From the human T2T-CHM13v2.0 reference genome, Homo sapiens, in assembly GCF_009914755.1 (NCBI RefSeq), contig NC_060932.1: DNA of 64,000 nucleotides, one strand, 5' to 3'. Of this stretch, positions 42,301 to 53,629 are shown in pieces. The position numbers and the translations under genes were made by a program. The first letter of the stretch is position 1, and each line of letters begins with the position of its first letter. Under the pieces are notes generated by a model. It saw nothing but the letters and a program-made list of their open reading frames with translations. It had not been told where the DNA came from and searched no databases.

Positions 42301-42880
42301 AGTGGCACCACCCATCATCATCCCTAGTGATCCATTAGCAAAATACTTGCTTCCTGTTCCCAGTACATTATGTTCTGCTGGCTTGGAGGTCTTAATTCCA
42401 GAGGGAGGAATGCTGCCACCAGGAGACACAACAATGATTCCATTAAACTGGAAATTAAGATTGCCACCTCGACACTTTGGGCTCTCCCTACCTTTAAGTC
42501 AACAGGCTAAGAAGGGAGTTACAGTGTTGGCTGGGGTTATTGACCCAGACTACCAAGATGAATGAAATCAGTCTACTACTCCATAAGGGATGTAAGGAAG
42601 AGTAAGTATGGAATACAGGAGACCCATTAAGGCATCCCTTAGTATTACCATACCCTGTAATTAAAGTCAATGGGAAACTACAACAGCCCAGTCCAGGCAG
42701 GACTACAAATGATCCAGACCCCTCAGGAATGAAAGTTTGGGCCACTCCACCCAGAAAAAAAAATCATGACCTGCTGAGGTGTTTGTTGAAGGCAAAGGGA
42801 ATACAGAATGTGTAGTAGAAGAAGGTAGTCATCAATACCAGCTACGACCACGTGACCAGCTGCAGAAACGAGGACTGTAA
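39392..42880 (+). pseudogene. pol: HERV-L pro-pol (protease, RT, RNase H, integrase, dUTPase), disrupted
   Basis: Protease LQDTVSELMLIPG (DTG mutated); RT DLANDFF, LPQGY, HYIDH (YIDD mutated); RNase H FTDGSA near 41200; integrase SDQGT and HVPHHPEGAGLIEWWNGLLK; dUTPase GVIDPDYQ. Confidence 0.93.
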
Positions 42881-43171
42881 CTGTCATAAGTATTTCCTCC
42901 TTCTATTGTTAAAAGAATGTTTGTGCATGTATACACTTATACTAAGAAAAATCTTCATTGTATTTCCTTTCTCCTTTATCATGTGACATAAGATGTATTG
43001 ACTTCATATCAACCTTTAAGTATTGTTAACTTTATGTAATAGTATTTGTGTTGGGGATTGATTGGTGAATTTTCAGTTGTACGAAGGATAGTTGTATTAT
43101 GTTAGGCATAATTATTACCTTATTATGAACCCAGAAGATGTGTATGGGTTCAAGTTGGCAAGGGGTGGACT

Positions 43172-43616
43172 TGTGATGGTTAATACTGTGTGTAAACTTG
43201 ATTGGATTAAAGGATGCACATTACTGTTCCTAGGTGTGTCTGTGTGGGTGTTGCCAAAGGAGATTAATATTTGAGTCAATGCGCTGGGGAAGGCAGACCC
43301 ACTCTTAATCTGGTGGGATGATCTAATCAGCTGCCAGTGAATATACAGCAGGTAGAAAAACGTGAAAAGGCGAGACTGGCCTAGCCCCCCTGCCAGCCTA
43401 CATCTTTCTCCTGTGCTGGATGCTTCCTGCCCTCAAACATCAGACTCCAAGTTCTCCACTTTTGAGACTCAGCTGGACTTCCTTGCTCCTCAAGCTTCCA
43501 GAGAGCCTGTTGTGGGATCCTGTGATCATGTAAGTTAATACTCAATAAACTCCCCTTTATGTATAGTTATATATGTCCTATTAGTTCTGCCTCTTTAGGG
43601 AACCATGACTAATACA
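43172..43616 (+). promoter_or_regulatory. Intact MLT2A1-type LTR (445 bp) with DUX4-type motif
   Basis: TG...CA termini; TGATTGGATTA at 43199-43209; AATAAA near 43544. Length fits MLT2A1 rather than MLT2A2 (from recall). Confidence 0.85.
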
Positions 43617-44265
43617 ACATTTATACCATGGAATATGTTTCAGAAATATTTTTTTTAAAATGAACTTTATGATACTCCAACAACCTGGATTAACCCACCA
43701 TCACCCCTAGTAATCCACTAGCAAAATTGTTGCTTCCTTTTCCTGGGACATTACGTTCTGCTGGCCTGGAGGTCTTAGTTCCAGACATAGGAACACTGCC
43801 ACCAGGAGACACAACAATGATTCCATTAAACTGGAAGTTAAGGTATTTATTATATGATTTGGGTTATATAACATGTGCCAAATAATATAATATATAGATA
43901 GAGAACAGATTAGTGGTTGTCAAGTAACAACAATAGTGTTGCTGAGGTGGATGTGGCTATAATGGATAAATTGATGGTGTCTTGTGATGGTATAGATCAA
44001 TATGTTGGTGATATTTACACAAGGCTACACATGTAATAAAATTGTATAACTAAATGTACACAAACACACAAGTGAGTGCATGTATAACTGGTGACATTTA
44101 ATCCAGCTCTATGAATTGTACCAATGTTAATTTTCTGGTTTTGATATTGAACCATAGTGATGCACAATGTCAATGTTGGATGGGGGTAGCTGGATGAAAG
44201 GTGGTCAGATCTCATTATCCAATTATTTGCGTCTTCCTGAGAAAAATTATTTCAAGATATAGTTT
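43617..44265 (+). mobile_element. Old L1M 3' UTR carrying a 150-bp HERV-L insert at 43693-43842
   Basis: ataccatggaata...caacaacctggat; gagaacagattagtggttg; ctatgaattgtaccaatgttaattttctggttttgatattg. Confidence 0.75.
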
Positions 44266-44559
44266 TTTTAAAAAACGTCTCTGGAAAGTTTAGACATTTT
44301 CTACATTACATAATCTTATTTTCTATTCTTAACCTCCTAATAAGCATTTTCCAGGTGAATAATTTTTCTTTTTAATGCAAAATAATGTATATACAGTCAT
44401 TGTACAATTTTCACATAACTTTCTACATTTTTAAATAACTTGTATAGTGCACACTTAACATAAAATATTTAACCTAAAGTAAAGCAAATATAATATGCTT
44501 TTTTATATGGAGATGATTTTATGTGAAATTTCTAGCACAATTTGTTTTACATTTTGTGG

Positions 44560-45867
44560 TGTTATGAGTATATATATATATATATCTCATATAGTTTTGT
44601 TTTAAGATTACTGGCTCATAGCTCATATATATGTGTGTGTGTGTATATATGTGTATATATATATACACACACATATACACACACACATGTATGAGCGATA
44701 ATATTTTATATATACACATACACACATATAAGCGATACTACTCTATATATTATGTATATATGTGTGTATATATATATAAACTAATATATATTAATTTATA
44801 TATATTATATATATTAGTTTATATAGATATATTAGTTTATATATATTATATATAATATATCTTAGTTTATATAACATAAACTAATATATATAACTAATAT
44901 AAACTAATATATAATATATATTATATATAATATAATTAATATAAACTAATATATATATAAACTATATATATAGTTCATATATATAACTATATAGATATAT
45001 ATAACTATATATAGATCTATATATAACTATATATAGTATATATAGTTATATATAGATCTATATATAGTTATATATAGATATATATAGATCTATATATAAC
45101 TATATATATAGATATATATATAGAGAGAGATATATATAACTATATATATATATTAGTTTGCCTGGCTCATAACTTCCATAGCCCTTGTTACAGTCTTTTG
45201 TTATAATATCGGGTATGTTAGGTCTCAGGAAACAGCATCTCTTGGACCTTCTCCTGCCCTCCTTTCACCTGCCCCATGGCAGAAATGTAATCTTCCTCTG
45301 CCTTTCTGATTCTGGGACTTAAGTCTTTCCCCAGAGAGGGCCCCTTCCTATACCCTGGAGGAAGGAATGCTGACATTATAAACCTCCATAAACACCCAAG
45401 AGGACTGGGTTCAGGAAGCTTCTGGATAGTTGAGCACACAGAGGTTCCTGGAGGGTGGAACACCCAGGGTGGGCATGGAAACTGCACGCCCCTTCCCCCA
45501 TACCCCACCCTAGGCATGTCTTCATCTGTATCCTCTATAAAATTGCTAGAACCCCAAAAGGAGATCATGGGAACCCCAACATGAAGCCAGTCGGTCAGAA
45601 GTTCCAGAGGCCTGGAGGTGCACTGGTGTCTGAAGGGGGTGGGGCAGCCTTGGGGACTAAGCCCTTACCTGTGGGATCTGACACTATTTTCTGGTAGACA
45701 GTGTCAAATTTGAATTGGAGGACACCCACCTGGTGTCTGCTGATTCATGTACAGAAAAAGAAAATACCCAGATTTTTGCCCACAGACGTCTTCTTCTGTG
45801 TTGATGATTGTCGTGGTGGTTTGAGAGTAAAGGAAAAACGTGGTTTGAGAGAGTTTTTCTCTAAACA
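44560..45867 (+). mobile_element. MER21-like LTR with a large (TA)-rich expansion near its 5' end
   Basis: ctggctcataacttccatagcccttgttacag; gaggttcctggagggtgg...gggcatggaaactgcacgccccttcccc; ctggctcata occurs on both sides of the TA tract. Confidence 0.7.
44568..45155. repeat. (TA)n/(TG)n/(CA)n low-complexity tract with palindromes
   Basis: Direct reading. Confidence 0.95.
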
Positions 45868-46430
45868 CGTTTTATACATCTTTAAACTACATATGATTTA
45901 GAGTTTCCACCATGCAAAACTACTTCAAATATTGATCAAATTAGTCCTGTGAAAAATCCTTTTGAGGCAGAATAAATATTATAATAAGAAAATTTTATTC
46001 TAACTTGGGAGAATTATTGGAACACTGATTTTATTTGGTATTTAAGGATGACAACTAAGTACAGCCAAAACTAAGGGTTACTGACTACAGTTAAAATGGA
46101 TTATTAACAGAGATTAAGAATATTTGTGTTTACTCTGAATGTAGATATTATTACAAGAAAATGTTTGGATGGCTTTATAATGCTTGGAGGAAAGATGATT
46201 TTCCACTGAAACAATTTGAAGAAGAAGTAACATGCTTTCATTCTTGAATATATAAGGCTACATAGAAAAATAAAGCCTTTAAGCTGTCATCATACCCATG
46301 CATATTATTCACGGCATTAAGTTTAAGCTCAGGTTCTTTTTAAATATAATTCTATTGCACAATTATTTCATATCAAATGTATGTGTACATTAATCTTTGG
46401 AGTTACTGAAGAAACAAAAAATAAATTTCC

Positions 46431-46750
46431 TTTTTTTTTTTTTTGACAGAATCTCATTCTGTTGCCCAGGCTGGAGTGCAGTGGTGTGATCTTGGCTCAC
46501 TGCAAACTCCCTGCAAACTCTGCCTCCCAGGTTCAAGTGATTCTCCTGCCTTAGCCTCCCAAGTAGTTGGGACTACAGCCACACACCACCACACCCAGCT
46601 ATGTTTTTGTTTTTGTTTTTTGTATTTTTAGTAGAGATGAGGTTTCACCATGTTGGCCAGGCTGGTCTCAAAACCCTGGGATCAAATGATATGTCCACCT
46701 CGGCCTCCCAACATGCTGGGATTACAGGCATGAGCCATCACAACCACCCT
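46431..46750 (-). mobile_element. AluS element
   Basis: Poly-T plus antisense Alu, with a small internal duplication tgcaaactc. Confidence 0.92.
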
Positions 46751-46899
46751 CAATGTACCATTTTAAATTTGCTATTGGATACATTAATAAAAATGTATGT
46801 ATCAGAAATTCAATCAACTCTTTTCATGTAGTGATAGTTAAAACTGAGACAAAAATGTAAAGGGAAAAGGGAGGTACTCTTTAAACCAGTTACTGTGTA

Positions 46900-47230
46900 T
46901 TAAGCCTACCATGGATTTTGTGATGCCCGCAATCCAAAGCTTGCCACGTTGCATCCCAACCCTTTGTCGATGGGGCCTCAAGTGTCTAGCCATGTCCAGT
47001 TCTGCATGGAAGCTGGATGCATATGCCAGGCAGGGCAAGCTGTCTGCAGCTGCTGCTGGGAGGGTGGTGCAGATTCAACAGTTGGAGACATTGGTCACCT
47101 CAGCATAGATGTGGGCCCAGTCCATGATGCCATTGGAGCATGCCAAGCTAAGGCTGAAACAATAAAGCAAGCAAGGTACTAACAAGGGTAAATCATATCC
47201 CTTAGACAAAATGCAAGCCAACTTTTCATC
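46900..47230 (-). pseudogene. env: env SU N-terminal remnant
   Basis: Minus translation SNGIMDWAHIYAEVTNVSNC*ICTTLP; CWIC motif with TGG>TGA at 47069-47080. Confidence 0.7.
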
Positions 47231-47649
47231 TCTGGATAACTATGCAGCTGCCAAGGGCTTCTGCCCTGGGCAATGATACCACACCTTATCAGCTCCCCAT
47301 GGTTCTTTTGGGTCCTGTACACATACCAAAGTCATAGGGGAGCTTATGATAGGCCATATAGACAGTATATATGTCTCTCTGAGGAGGGTTCCTTTCCTGG
47401 CCATTCGCTTATAAAAAGTCAATTGTGGAGGCCACACATTAAATACCCAAGGAGTAACATGTCAGTCATACTTAGACCCTCTCCCCAGGGGTCTATGATA
47501 GCCAACCATCTGCAATGAAGGGCTTGGAGGGTCCATGGCTAACATCAGTTTTTTGTTTGTTTGTTTCCCAAACTTTAGGGGCAATGAGGCAGGCAATAAC
47601 AGAGTACGTTTCGTCCCCATACCTGGTTGGAGAAAGTCATCCTTCCTCT

Positions 47650-49289
47650 CATAGATTTGGTCACATGACCTGGCCCCACATAAGTCAGTGACTAACTAGC
47701 TAATTTCTTTAATTTCTAGGTAATTAACTACAAAGTTAAGCCTCAATAAACTGCCTAGCTATTGCTGCAGATTACCATAGGTGTCACCTCCTTGGTGATC
47801 ACCATCTACATTGTCCTGTGTTCAGCTTATTAGCTACTTTGTCCACACTTGGTTTGAAACCATATGGTGTTAGTAGTGGGCTAGACTGCACCAGCAGTCC
47901 AGGCAGCAGTAGTACTCTGGCGAGACCTATCTGTATACCGTGCCTCATTAGGAATGGGGGGATGCCCTTCCTTAAAAAGTAATGGCTCAGAGTCTAGGGG
48001 TGCCTCAGGCCCCATGACCTTATCTCGCATAGGAATACAAGCCCTAAAACCTCTTGTAACTCTGCTGCTAAGGGACTTATACTCAGCATACTCTGCTGTT
48101 CTAAGTAGATGCCCCACTTTGCTAAAGTGGATGTCTGTGCTGTCCCTATCTTGGGGGTCTTTACCCATGAATGCATCCATCCTTCTATTACTGTTTCTCT
48201 ATCAACAAATATTGGAGCTCAGCTCCCTTCCATAGTTGGGACCAAAAACCTACTGGTGTACTCAGGCTCTCCATGCACTGCTATGGGCCCTAACCAAAGC
48301 TATCTGTGATCACATGCATATCTAGCTTAAATGGGCACCCCTGGTCGACTACCCATAGGGCTTGTGCCTGCTAAATAGCCGGCTTGGCTACCAGGAAGGC
48401 TGTCTCAACCACTTCATCCCAATTCCAGGCAAGAGGAGCATTGCCGCTTCTAAACCTGCAAGAGAATCAGAGGTTACTATAACATCATCAGCAAAACCGA
48501 GACATATGGTGGGGCTATGCACATAGCCCAGTGGCAGCACAGTGAAAGTCCATTGCTGTCCTTCCCATGTGAAGGTGAACTGTTCCTGGCTCTCTAGAGC
48601 AATGTCAGTGGAGAAGAATGCATTAGCTAAGTCCACTATAAGTGGTACTGTCCCAGTTCCATTGTCAAATGGTTCATCAAGTCTGTGATGGAAGGTACAG
48701 CTGCATTCACAAGGGGGTGTTACTTTATTCACTTCTGATAATCCACTGTCATCCACCAAGTCCCATCAGACTTTCTGACTGGCCATACCAAAGAATTGTA
48801 GGGGCTATGTGTTCCATGCACTATTTGCACCTCCTCTAACTTCTTAGTAGTCTCAGTCATCTCCATATGACCCCCAGGAAAATGGTATTGATGAATGGAG
48901 GTAACTCATTGGAGTTGTGGCAAAACTTGGGGCTGGTGATGTGTATATCCATGCAATATCAGCTTTACTACAAGAACTCGGAGTCTGAATTATCTGACTG
49001 TAGTGTGTAAGTCCAGACCATGCAAAATGTCCACCGCCAGAATATATTCAGGTATGGGAGAGACATACACAGTGTATAGGTAGGGAGCCAAGCAGCCAAT
49101 GACAAGATGCAAAGACAAAGGTTTCACCTTCACTGACTGGCCGCCATAACCGTCAATAAATGCAGCTTTGCCCGGAAACTTATCCGGGTTCCCATAAACT
49201 AGACTGCAGCCTGCACCAGTGTCTACCAGTGCTAGGACCTTCTGTATACTAGTGGGGGACCAGTGGCTTGCCAGCTCCACATATAGCAT
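47650..49289 (-). pseudogene. pol: HERV-S-like pro-pol remnant (protease, deleted RT, RNase H; integrase core not found)
   Basis: VLALVDTGAGCSLVYG; VDLANAFFS...FTVLPLGYVHSPTIC joined directly to FADDVIVT; RNase H YTDRS. Confidence 0.85.
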
Positions 49290-49299
49290 CTGATTGTCC

Positions 49300-50928
49300 A
49301 GTTCCCCCCACCGAGCCAGGCACCTCGGCCAGTTCCCAAATCAAACAGGAAGGGCCCAGTCTCTTCGCCTGTCTGCAAAAAGTTGAGCTGCAGCATCCAG
49401 GCGGGGCTGGGTTAAGCAACATTGTTTTGTCCCCTCTTGGGCATTTTCCGGAATTGTTGCTCTGGGACAGTTGCTGCCATAGAGCCAACAGCATTCCATT
49501 GGTGGACTGCCAATTTTCTCTTGTGCAACCCCACCTGCAATTAAATCAATCGACCTCTGCATGCAGGTCACCTGCTGGGGCCCCTTTTTATCTTGTGGGG
49601 TGGTCACCTGCAGAGGATGCACTTTCCCCTTCTTTATGGCGTGGACTCTCCGGTCCTGCGGATGGTCTTCTGCCTCCCTGAGGGCTACCATAACGGTAAT
49701 CACTTCAGTGCCCCACATATGGGGTGAGAACAGCAGCTAGAGAGCCAAAAGCACTGGGAGACGCTGAGCCCAGCACAAGATCTCTTGTGAGAAGTAAAGC
49801 ATTCATTATCTGGCCCCCAGGTGTTCAGATCAAACATAGCCTGCCGCACATTCATCTCCTGGAGTACCTGCACCAAATCGGTATATGATTGCCATTTTCT
49901 CAGTTTCTGGTATGTCTCCGGCATCATTCCAAACAGTCCGTATGGCTGCCATCAGACCCTCAATTACCGTGAGGTCACCGTGCCCTTGTGCCAACCAGCT
50001 GCAGCTGTTGATGAAGGGAGGGGTGAGTTGTGACAGAGGCCAGCTTCTCCATCTCAGAAGCAGAGCAAGAAATTCTGTCAGCTCCTTCAGACACTGCCAG
50101 CACTGTCTACCCAACTCCCTCAATTCAGTGCGGGTTTAAGCACCATAAGAGGTATGTTCCACCACTGTGTGGGGTCCCTATATGGCTGAAGCATGGTTTG
50201 TGGTACCCGGTGGCAGCAGTGATGCTCGCATGAACCCAAATGGAAACGTGTGAGGCAGTGGACAGGTCTCCTGCAAGTGTGGAGAAAGCACTGAAGCAGC
50301 TGGAGGCACACAGCACCAAGAAGGAATGCACGTTCACTTGCCAAGTCAGATGGGCGTTTCTGACTGCACTGTGTGAAGTACATGCTCAGTCCCACAAGTA
50401 ACTGTGGGGGTCCCTGGGCTCTCCTCTGGGGTCCCATCAGCTTTTCATATTCTACCTTCTGATGAATCACAGAGTGAGACCACAGAGGAGGAGCTTCCTC
50501 CTCCTCCTCAGCATCAGACCAAACGAGAGTGTCCAGCTGGGAAGATGGGCGCAGGGGCGTGCTGACAGCTGTTTCCAACTCTGGCTCCAGATTGTTTATC
50601 TGAGTCTCTAAGTGCCCTGCCTGCACCTGGAAGTCCACTACCCTGAGGTCTTGCTCTGAGATGTGCACTTGGGCCCCCAAGCATGCACATTTCACCGGGA
50701 GGTTCCTTACCTGTGGGACTGAGCATGTACTTCACACAGGGCAGTCAGAAATGCCCATCTGACTCGGCCAGTGAACGGGCATTCCTTCTTGGTGCTGTGT
50801 GTCTCCAGATGCTTCAGTGCTTTCTCCACACTTGCAGGAGACCTGTCCACTGCCTCACACGTTTCCATTTGGGTTCATGCGAGCATCACCGCTGCCACCG
50901 GGTACCACAAACCATGCTTCAGCCACAT
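49300..50928 (-). pseudogene. gag: HERV-S-like gag remnant, interrupted by an inverted copy of its own 5' end
   Basis: MWLKHGLWYPVAAVMLA*TQMETCEAVDRSPASVEKALK...; LMAAIRTVWNDAGDIPET. Confidence 0.75.
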
Positions 50929-50930
50929 AG
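50178..50930. repeat. 224-bp inverted repeat (50178-50401 vs 50707-50930) with 305-bp spacer
   Basis: Manual alignment gives 10 substitutions in 224 nt and no gaps; mirror ORFs 50125..50337(-) and 50771..51004(+) share peptide. Confidence 0.97.
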
Positions 50931-50970
50931 TTGACCCGGGAGCCCCAAGGGCTGAAGATCTACTAACCTC

Positions 50971-50988
50971 ACCCTGCCGACTATGCCA
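50971..50988 (-). other. Primer binding site, tRNA-Ser
   Basis: TGGCATAGTCGGCAGGGT vs tRNA-Ser 3' complement TGGCGTAGTCGGCAGGAT (16/18). Confidence 0.85.
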
Positions 50989-53629
50989 ATTATCAAGTTC
51001 ATGACTATGACAAATGTTATGTTCAGGGTCAGTTTCCAGCCTATGCTGTGGTCCAGAGGGAGTGGGTGGATGAGCAGAAAGAACACTCGGGGGGCCGTAG
51101 GCAAGTGAAAGATGATTTTATTCAGCAGCAGCTCTCATCAGCAGCCTACTCTCACACTGTCTGCCCTGTCTCAGCTGCTTAGTCCAGTGACTCATCTCAG
51201 CAGCTGGCTCCCACACACAGCTACACAGCCTGCCTTCAGGGTCAGCAGCTTAACTCTTCATCTCTGGGCACAAGCAGAGCCATGCTATGTCCTGGCTCCC
51301 CCTGTCTGTCTGCAAAGATGGACAACTCTGGCTCCCTCTCTTTCTCTGGGCACCAGCATGCCCGCCATGTCAAGCCATGTTGAGCTGAGCCCCGTGCACA
51401 GTGTCAGCAGGGCAGTTATACCTTTTACTGACAATAGTGGCATAGGGCCAAGGACAGCCTTCCCGCATTGTGGCTGCACGGCTGTGATAACTAGTGGAGT
51501 TACATGCCTGCTCTCTAAACTCGCTGAGTCACACATGATGTAAACATCCTACCTTGGCCTATCCTTGACCAAAGCACAGCCATGTTCCTTACACATATTG
51601 TCTTTGTGGAATCATTTTCCACAAAGTATCATGTTATAATTTTCAGAGCCACTTCTGGCACTCCCCAGATGCTCCTCATCAATGATCTTTTACTTCACCA
51701 CCCAGTACTCTTTCTAATAATATGTTTCACCGTCAGGGACATTTGTCTTTAAGATAAATGTCTGAATTCTAATAAAGTAGGTAAAATACCTTCTGCCAGT
51801 GACACTTTAAGATTCATCCTAGCACTGATTAAGAATTGAATAAAGATTCTATGTAAAATCATTGACCTGAATATTGAACAGATTTATTTTTAAATGGGAT
51901 GTATGTTTTAATCATACAACAGAATTTAAGTAGAGTAGAACTGAAAATTGTGTAATCAGCTATCTGAATAATACTAATGGTAACATCAGCCTGATAAATC
52001 AGCGTTTATACTCTTCCTTACTACTTAGCTTTTGATCCTCATGTTCTGGCATAAGAAAATAATATTTTGATGAAGAACTATTATTAGAGCTTCACAGAGC
52101 TGTAATTTTTTTAATGCAGAATTTGAAGTAAAATAAAAAACAGAGATGACTTTGTCGAATCCCTGTTCATAATGAGGATATGAGTCTTAGTGGTAACTGA
52201 GAACATGAAGCACAAAAAATACAGTGAACATTTTAAAATCTATATAACATTAGTTAATGTGTTAATAAACTATCTTCACAATATTTTAACTTAAAATGAT
52301 TGTTATAAGCATATATAATTATGCTTTGTAAAGGATTTGAAAGTTTTACTCATTATAGAAATGCACGTAGTAGTAAGAAAAGTTTTGGATTCCCCTAAAT
52401 TTTATATTTATAAAAATAATGGATGTTCATTTCTATATATGAGGAAGAAATTTTCAAAATTCTCTGGCCCTGTAACTTATTTTAAAGTTTAAAATATACT
52501 TCAGGTATAAATGAAAATATCTGTGAAAATACTGCTCAGTGGATTAAGTTCACTAAGCACATATATTTTTGGTTATCACAGAGTGAAATGTTGCTCAAGG
52601 ATGTGGAAAAATATATATATTTTTTAGTTTTAGGAAAGACTTTGTGATACATAAAAGTTACATCTGATAAATGTTACATAACTCTCAATGCATTAGTCAC
52701 AAAAAGGTTCTATTGAATTTATTTTAAAAATACTGCTAAGTTGATTTATGCAGATAATGCAATTACATGTAGTTCTTATTCTTTTATTTGCTTGATGCAA
52801 TTTAAATTATACACACTGATTTGTTTCATTCTACCAAATAAACTTTTCCCTGGAGTTCCAAGGCACACTAGAAAGAGCGTTGCATTTGAGTGTTGGGAAC
52901 CATGGTACAGTTTTAATTCTGCCAGGATCTTCTTATCATTAGGGTTGTCCATACCTGCCAAAAAGAGGTCAAGACTGACATGGACTGAGGCGGGGCTGGA
53001 AATTGACAAGGGTTGTTTCAGGGTAGAATAATAGAGTTAAATACTCTAGAACTAAGAATTTAATATTCAGCTTTGGAAGCAGCACATTATTACTAAAATT
53101 TACTTAAAAATGTAAAATTTCAAATAAACGACTAGATCTCCTTATGCCTCTCAATCCCTCTAGCTTCACTTGAAATTCTTGAACTTCCTTTAATTCCTAT
53201 GTTCAGTGCAACCCTTGATAGTAATAAATTTCACTCCAAGAATCCAAAGCCATGGTTCATTGAATTTTTTACTGGTCAGATGGGAATAGAGTCCATATTC
53301 TACTCAATTACCTCATTTTTAGCTACTATGTAAGTGTTTTTTAGTTGTTGTTGTCTCACCATAATAGACTCCTGTTTTTTGATTCTCCCATTGATCTGGA
53401 ATAAAGCAAGCCTGGCCATGAGCTTCTCTATAATTTCTAAAATGAACTAAATGAATATATTTAGTTATGATTTCAAGCTGATTCGTGGCTTGAATATAGT
53501 ATAAATTAGGATATTGGCATTAGTGTACACTGCTAATAAAAACAACTCTAACATTCTTCATAGGAACCAGATTTTACATCAAGTGGGAAAAAAAAAAGAC
53601 TTCGTTCAATTAAATGTTGGTTAGTTAGA

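Larger units (their letters stand above)
37438..43616 (+). mobile_element. HERV-L provirus: truncated 5' LTR 37438-37607, internal region 37608-43171, 3' LTR 43172-43616
   Basis: Both LTR ends read cctattagttctg.ctct.tagggaacc...ctaataca; PBS-Leu; gag-pro-RT-RNaseH-IN-dUTPase order with no env; PPT aggggtggact before TGTGATGG. Confidence 0.96.
46900..51593 (-). mobile_element. HERV-S / HERVL18-like provirus: 5' LTR 51015-51593, internally deleted, truncated in env, no 3' LTR
   Basis: LTR starts TGTAAGGAACATGGCTGTGCTTTGGTCAAGG on the minus strand; PBS-Ser; gag, protease, RT, RNase H and env remnants in order on the minus strand. Confidence 0.88.

Noticed and set aside
39392-42880. Functional HERV-L enzymes or an Fv1-like co-opted gag
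   Set aside because: Catalytic motifs are mutated (DTG>DTV, YIDD>YIDH), there are many stops and frameshifts, and the longest ORF is 167 aa.
50120-50695. 191-aa ORF as a possible novel or co-opted gag gene
   Set aside because: It is a chimera of a gag frame and the antisense of the inverted insert, has a non-ATG start, and upstream gag contains stops.
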